Of a stretch of DNA of 64,000 bases, positions 61,171 to 64,000 are shown in pieces. The stretch is taken from contig NC_058368.1 of NCBI RefSeq assembly GCF_018350175.1, forward strand, positions 137,704,001 through 137,768,000, written 5' to 3'. Position numbers and translations under genes: made by a program. The stretch comes from Felis catus. Its lineage: Eukaryota. Numbering within the stretch: the first letter of the stretch is position 1; each line of letters starts with the position of its first letter. Under the pieces are notes generated by a model that saw nothing but the letters and a program-made list of their open reading frames with translations, ran no database searches and had not been told where the DNA came from.

Positions 61171-61904
61171 TAAAACCAGACCTGGCCTCCGCTTCACCTG
61201 TCTGTGCTGTTGGGGAAGGGCATACGTTTGGGCAGAGACTGCTGTGCTTTTAGGCGGCTCCCCCAGGGACGCTGCACCACTGTCACTCGTGTGAGCTCAG
61301 GGTCCTGCCGGTCCTGCCGCTACAAGTGGACAAGGATGGAAAAGCTGGAGAGGATGGCAGAGGAGAGCGTGCCAAAGGTGGTTCGTGCTCACAACACGAG
61401 CAAACGTCTGCAAGGACATCAGGGGTCGTGTCACTTAGCCAGCCCTTCACTTTTGTTGTTGTTGTTTAATAACTAAAGGTGGCCGGGTGGGGTGAGGTTG
61501 GAAGAGATAAATGCTCACATTTTGGGTATCTGCCCCTACCCTCTGTCCTCCTGGGCCTGGATTCTGAGTTCCTCATCAAGGCACTCCTTCGCTCAGACCA
61601 CATTTGACTACAGGTGAAAGGAGCCACCCATGGATTTGTCCTTCACCTTAACTAAGTGTTGTAGTCCTTCTGGGTGTCCTCAGGGCTCACCCTGGAGCTG
61701 TGGACAGTCCCTTGCTTTCCAGGTGAGGAAGCTGAGGCCTGGAGAGGTACTCTGATTTCACCAAGGCTACAGAAATAGAGTCGGAGCTGAGGCCAACCCC
61801 AGGCTTGCATCTAAGCCCAGGCACTTCTCACAGTCACACCTAGATCAACAAGAATCTGGAAATGCCACCCATTTATAACAAAGGACATATTTTAAAATGT
61901 TCTT

Positions 61905-62148
61905 GGGGCGCCTGGGTGGCGCAGTCGGTTAAGCGTCCGACTTCAGCCAGGTCACGATCTCGCGGTCCGTGAGTTCGAGCCCCGCGTCGGGCTCTGGGCT
62001 GATGGCTCAGAGCCTGGAGCCTGTTTCCGATTCTGTGTCTCCCTCTCTCTCTGCCCCTCCCCCGTTCATGCTCTGTCTCTCTCTGTCCCAAAAATAAATA
62101 AATGTTGAAAAAAAAATTTTTTTTAAATAAAAATAAAATAAAATAAAA
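61905..62148 (+). mobile_element. Young SINEC_Fc-type SINE with (TAAAA)n tail
   Basis: Near-consensus; perfect TSD taaaatgttctt at 61893-61904 and 62149-62160. Confidence 0.98.
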
Positions 62149-63864
62149 TAAAATGTTCTTAAATTCTGGAAATAGTTTTCATTTTTCCTCTTCCAGGTAG
62201 AAGAGGAGGAAAGAGGACCAGGGTAGGAAGCTCAGAGTCCTGTAGGCTGTCTTCTGCGTGCCCAGACTCCCCTTCTCAGGCCCTTGTCACCAGTGGTGAC
62301 AGCATCTTCCCTCCCCAGGTTTCAGACCCCTTAAGTTCTCCAAGCCGCGCTCCTCCATCTTGGTCTGGTTTGAGGGGCTGAGACTTCTGGTGTGAACCAT
62401 TTTAGTCACAGAGTGGGGAGACTTCCCACTGGGGGAGGCCTTGGAGATCTCGTGAGAGCAGTCCTAAGGACGGGATGACAAGAGAGGAGGAGGAGGCAGG
62501 TAAGGAAGCCTCTTTCTTTGAACTCGGGAGGTACGTGCTCAGAGGATCTCAGAGCGCCGGGCAGAGAAGGGATGGCTGATGCCGGGGCCCAACCCTTTCA
62601 CTCTAACTGACCTCGGGCCCAGAGCCGGCAGGTGACTTAACCAGGGTCACAGGCTGAAATCCATGCCTCCTGACTTTTACCCCAGCCTCTTCCCACTTTG
62701 TCGTTCTGTCAATGATCTCTCCACGCTTACTTTAAAATCTTTATCTTGGGGCTTTTTATGCTTCCGGCTTGTCGTTTTTAAGCAGATCCCCACCAGCCCC
62801 TGTCCTCCAGGGCGAGTGCCTGCCTTGCTCTGGCAAGTGGATCTCCTTCTCAGCAGCAGCTGCTAGGGCCCTGAAGACAGCTAACATCTTGTAGAACCTG
62901 GACTGACTCCTGCAGCGGGCTCTCCAGGCTCACCTCTAGCCGAGCCGGGACTGTTCCCCTTCCCCACCTGCCCTATTCTTGACGCACCCCCTCCTCTCCT
63001 CCCATGGACCCAACACTCCCAGACGCAGCATTCCTGTTTTCTGGTAGGTTTGAGGTTAGCCCCATCAGTGTTTAATGACTCTTCATGTCATAACCTCCCC
63101 ATTCCTGACACCCGCAGGCCTCCGGCGTGATTTCCCTCCAGCTGCGGAGTTCTGGATGAAGGCTGCCCGCCTCTGGAATGCGTGCTCTGGGGTCCTGGAA
63201 GTGTCGGCGTGTAGAGCCAGCCAAGCGAGGCGGGAGCGTGTGCCTCCCGGCCAGTCTGTGCTAGGACAATGGGACTTTTCTTCCTGGCCTGGCTCAGCTG
63301 GCAGTCTCTCTCCCACTCTCTCTCTTGGTTGGGCTTTGGTTTAAAGTTCCCTTTTCAGGATTAGGTTGGTGTTTTCTTTCCCATGCCACCGGGGAAGTTT
63401 CTGTTTCCCAAGTGGACCGTACACAGACAGGTCAGTGAGTCAGAGGCCTCTACCGGACCACAAGGGTCGGTGTTCAAAGGCTTCTCGAAATCAGCCTGGC
63501 AAACGGGGGCCCCGCCAACCTTGTTTGTTGTCACATGGAAAGGCGCATTACAGTGCAAGCTAATCTTTAAATGATTATATATGTTATTATAACCAAGCAC
63601 CCTCTCCCCACCCCACTTCCCAGGATTTTCAGAGAAAATCCTCGAAGACGACCTTCTGGGGGATGGAGGGGTTTCTGTTTAAAGCAGCATTGGCTTTTTG
63701 TTCCTCCTTTTTATGCCTTTGGCCACCTCAAAGTCTGGCTATCAAGGAAAGTCGGATCTCCTTTTCTCTGAAACTCAGTGAAAAAACAAATGAAACACCA
63801 AAAATAGTTGCTTTGTTCCTCTGAACCCAGCTGAGACAGGCCATCATGATTAAAAGAAATTCTA

Positions 63865-64000
63865 GGGGCGCCTGGGTGGCGCAGTCGGTTAAGCGTCCGA
63901 CTTCAGCCAGGTCACGATCTCGCGGTCCGGGAGTTCGAGCCCCGCGTCAGGCTCTGGGCTGATGGCTCAGAGCCTGGAGCCTGTTTCCGATTCTGTGTCT
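63865..64000 (+). mobile_element. Young SINEC_Fc-type SINE (truncated by window end)
   Basis: ggggcgcctgggtggcgcagtcggttaagcgtccgacttcagccagg. Confidence 0.97.

Noticed and set aside
211..64000. Dispersed near-identical 200-bp repeats as a CRISPR-like or other array system
   Set aside because: Irregular spacing, both orientations, TSDs and A tails identify them as retroposed SINEs

Overview
Mammalian genomic DNA, almost certainly felid (cat-like): it carries about 22 tRNA-derived Can-SINEs, several of the young SINEC_Fc type with perfect target-site duplications (TSDs), and a short felid-type L1 3' end. I recognise no protein-coding gene, rRNA, tRNA or snRNA. Most ORFs in the supplied track come from SINEs, microsatellites or GC-rich sequence. 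The window reads as intergenic or long-intronic sequence with old repeats (L1M, L2, MIR, MLT1/ERVL LTRs, MER5A, MER45A, MER63A and a MARNA-like mariner remnant). The main unique feature is a multi-part CpG island at about 49.3-55.1 kb with no evident coding exon. It interleaves with AT-rich, repeat-free cores dense in forkhead, homeodomain and TCF-like motifs, an architecture typical of orphan CpG islands, enhancers or lncRNA promoters near developmental regulators. I cannot name the locus. The best leads are this island complex, candidate spliced non-coding exons, a 202-codon frame broken by one TGA at about 58 kb, and a SINE carrying an apparent 3'-transduced tag. I see no convincing evidence of a wholly new biological system. 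Repeat subfamily names are from memory of consensus sequences, and boundaries of old repeats are approximate.
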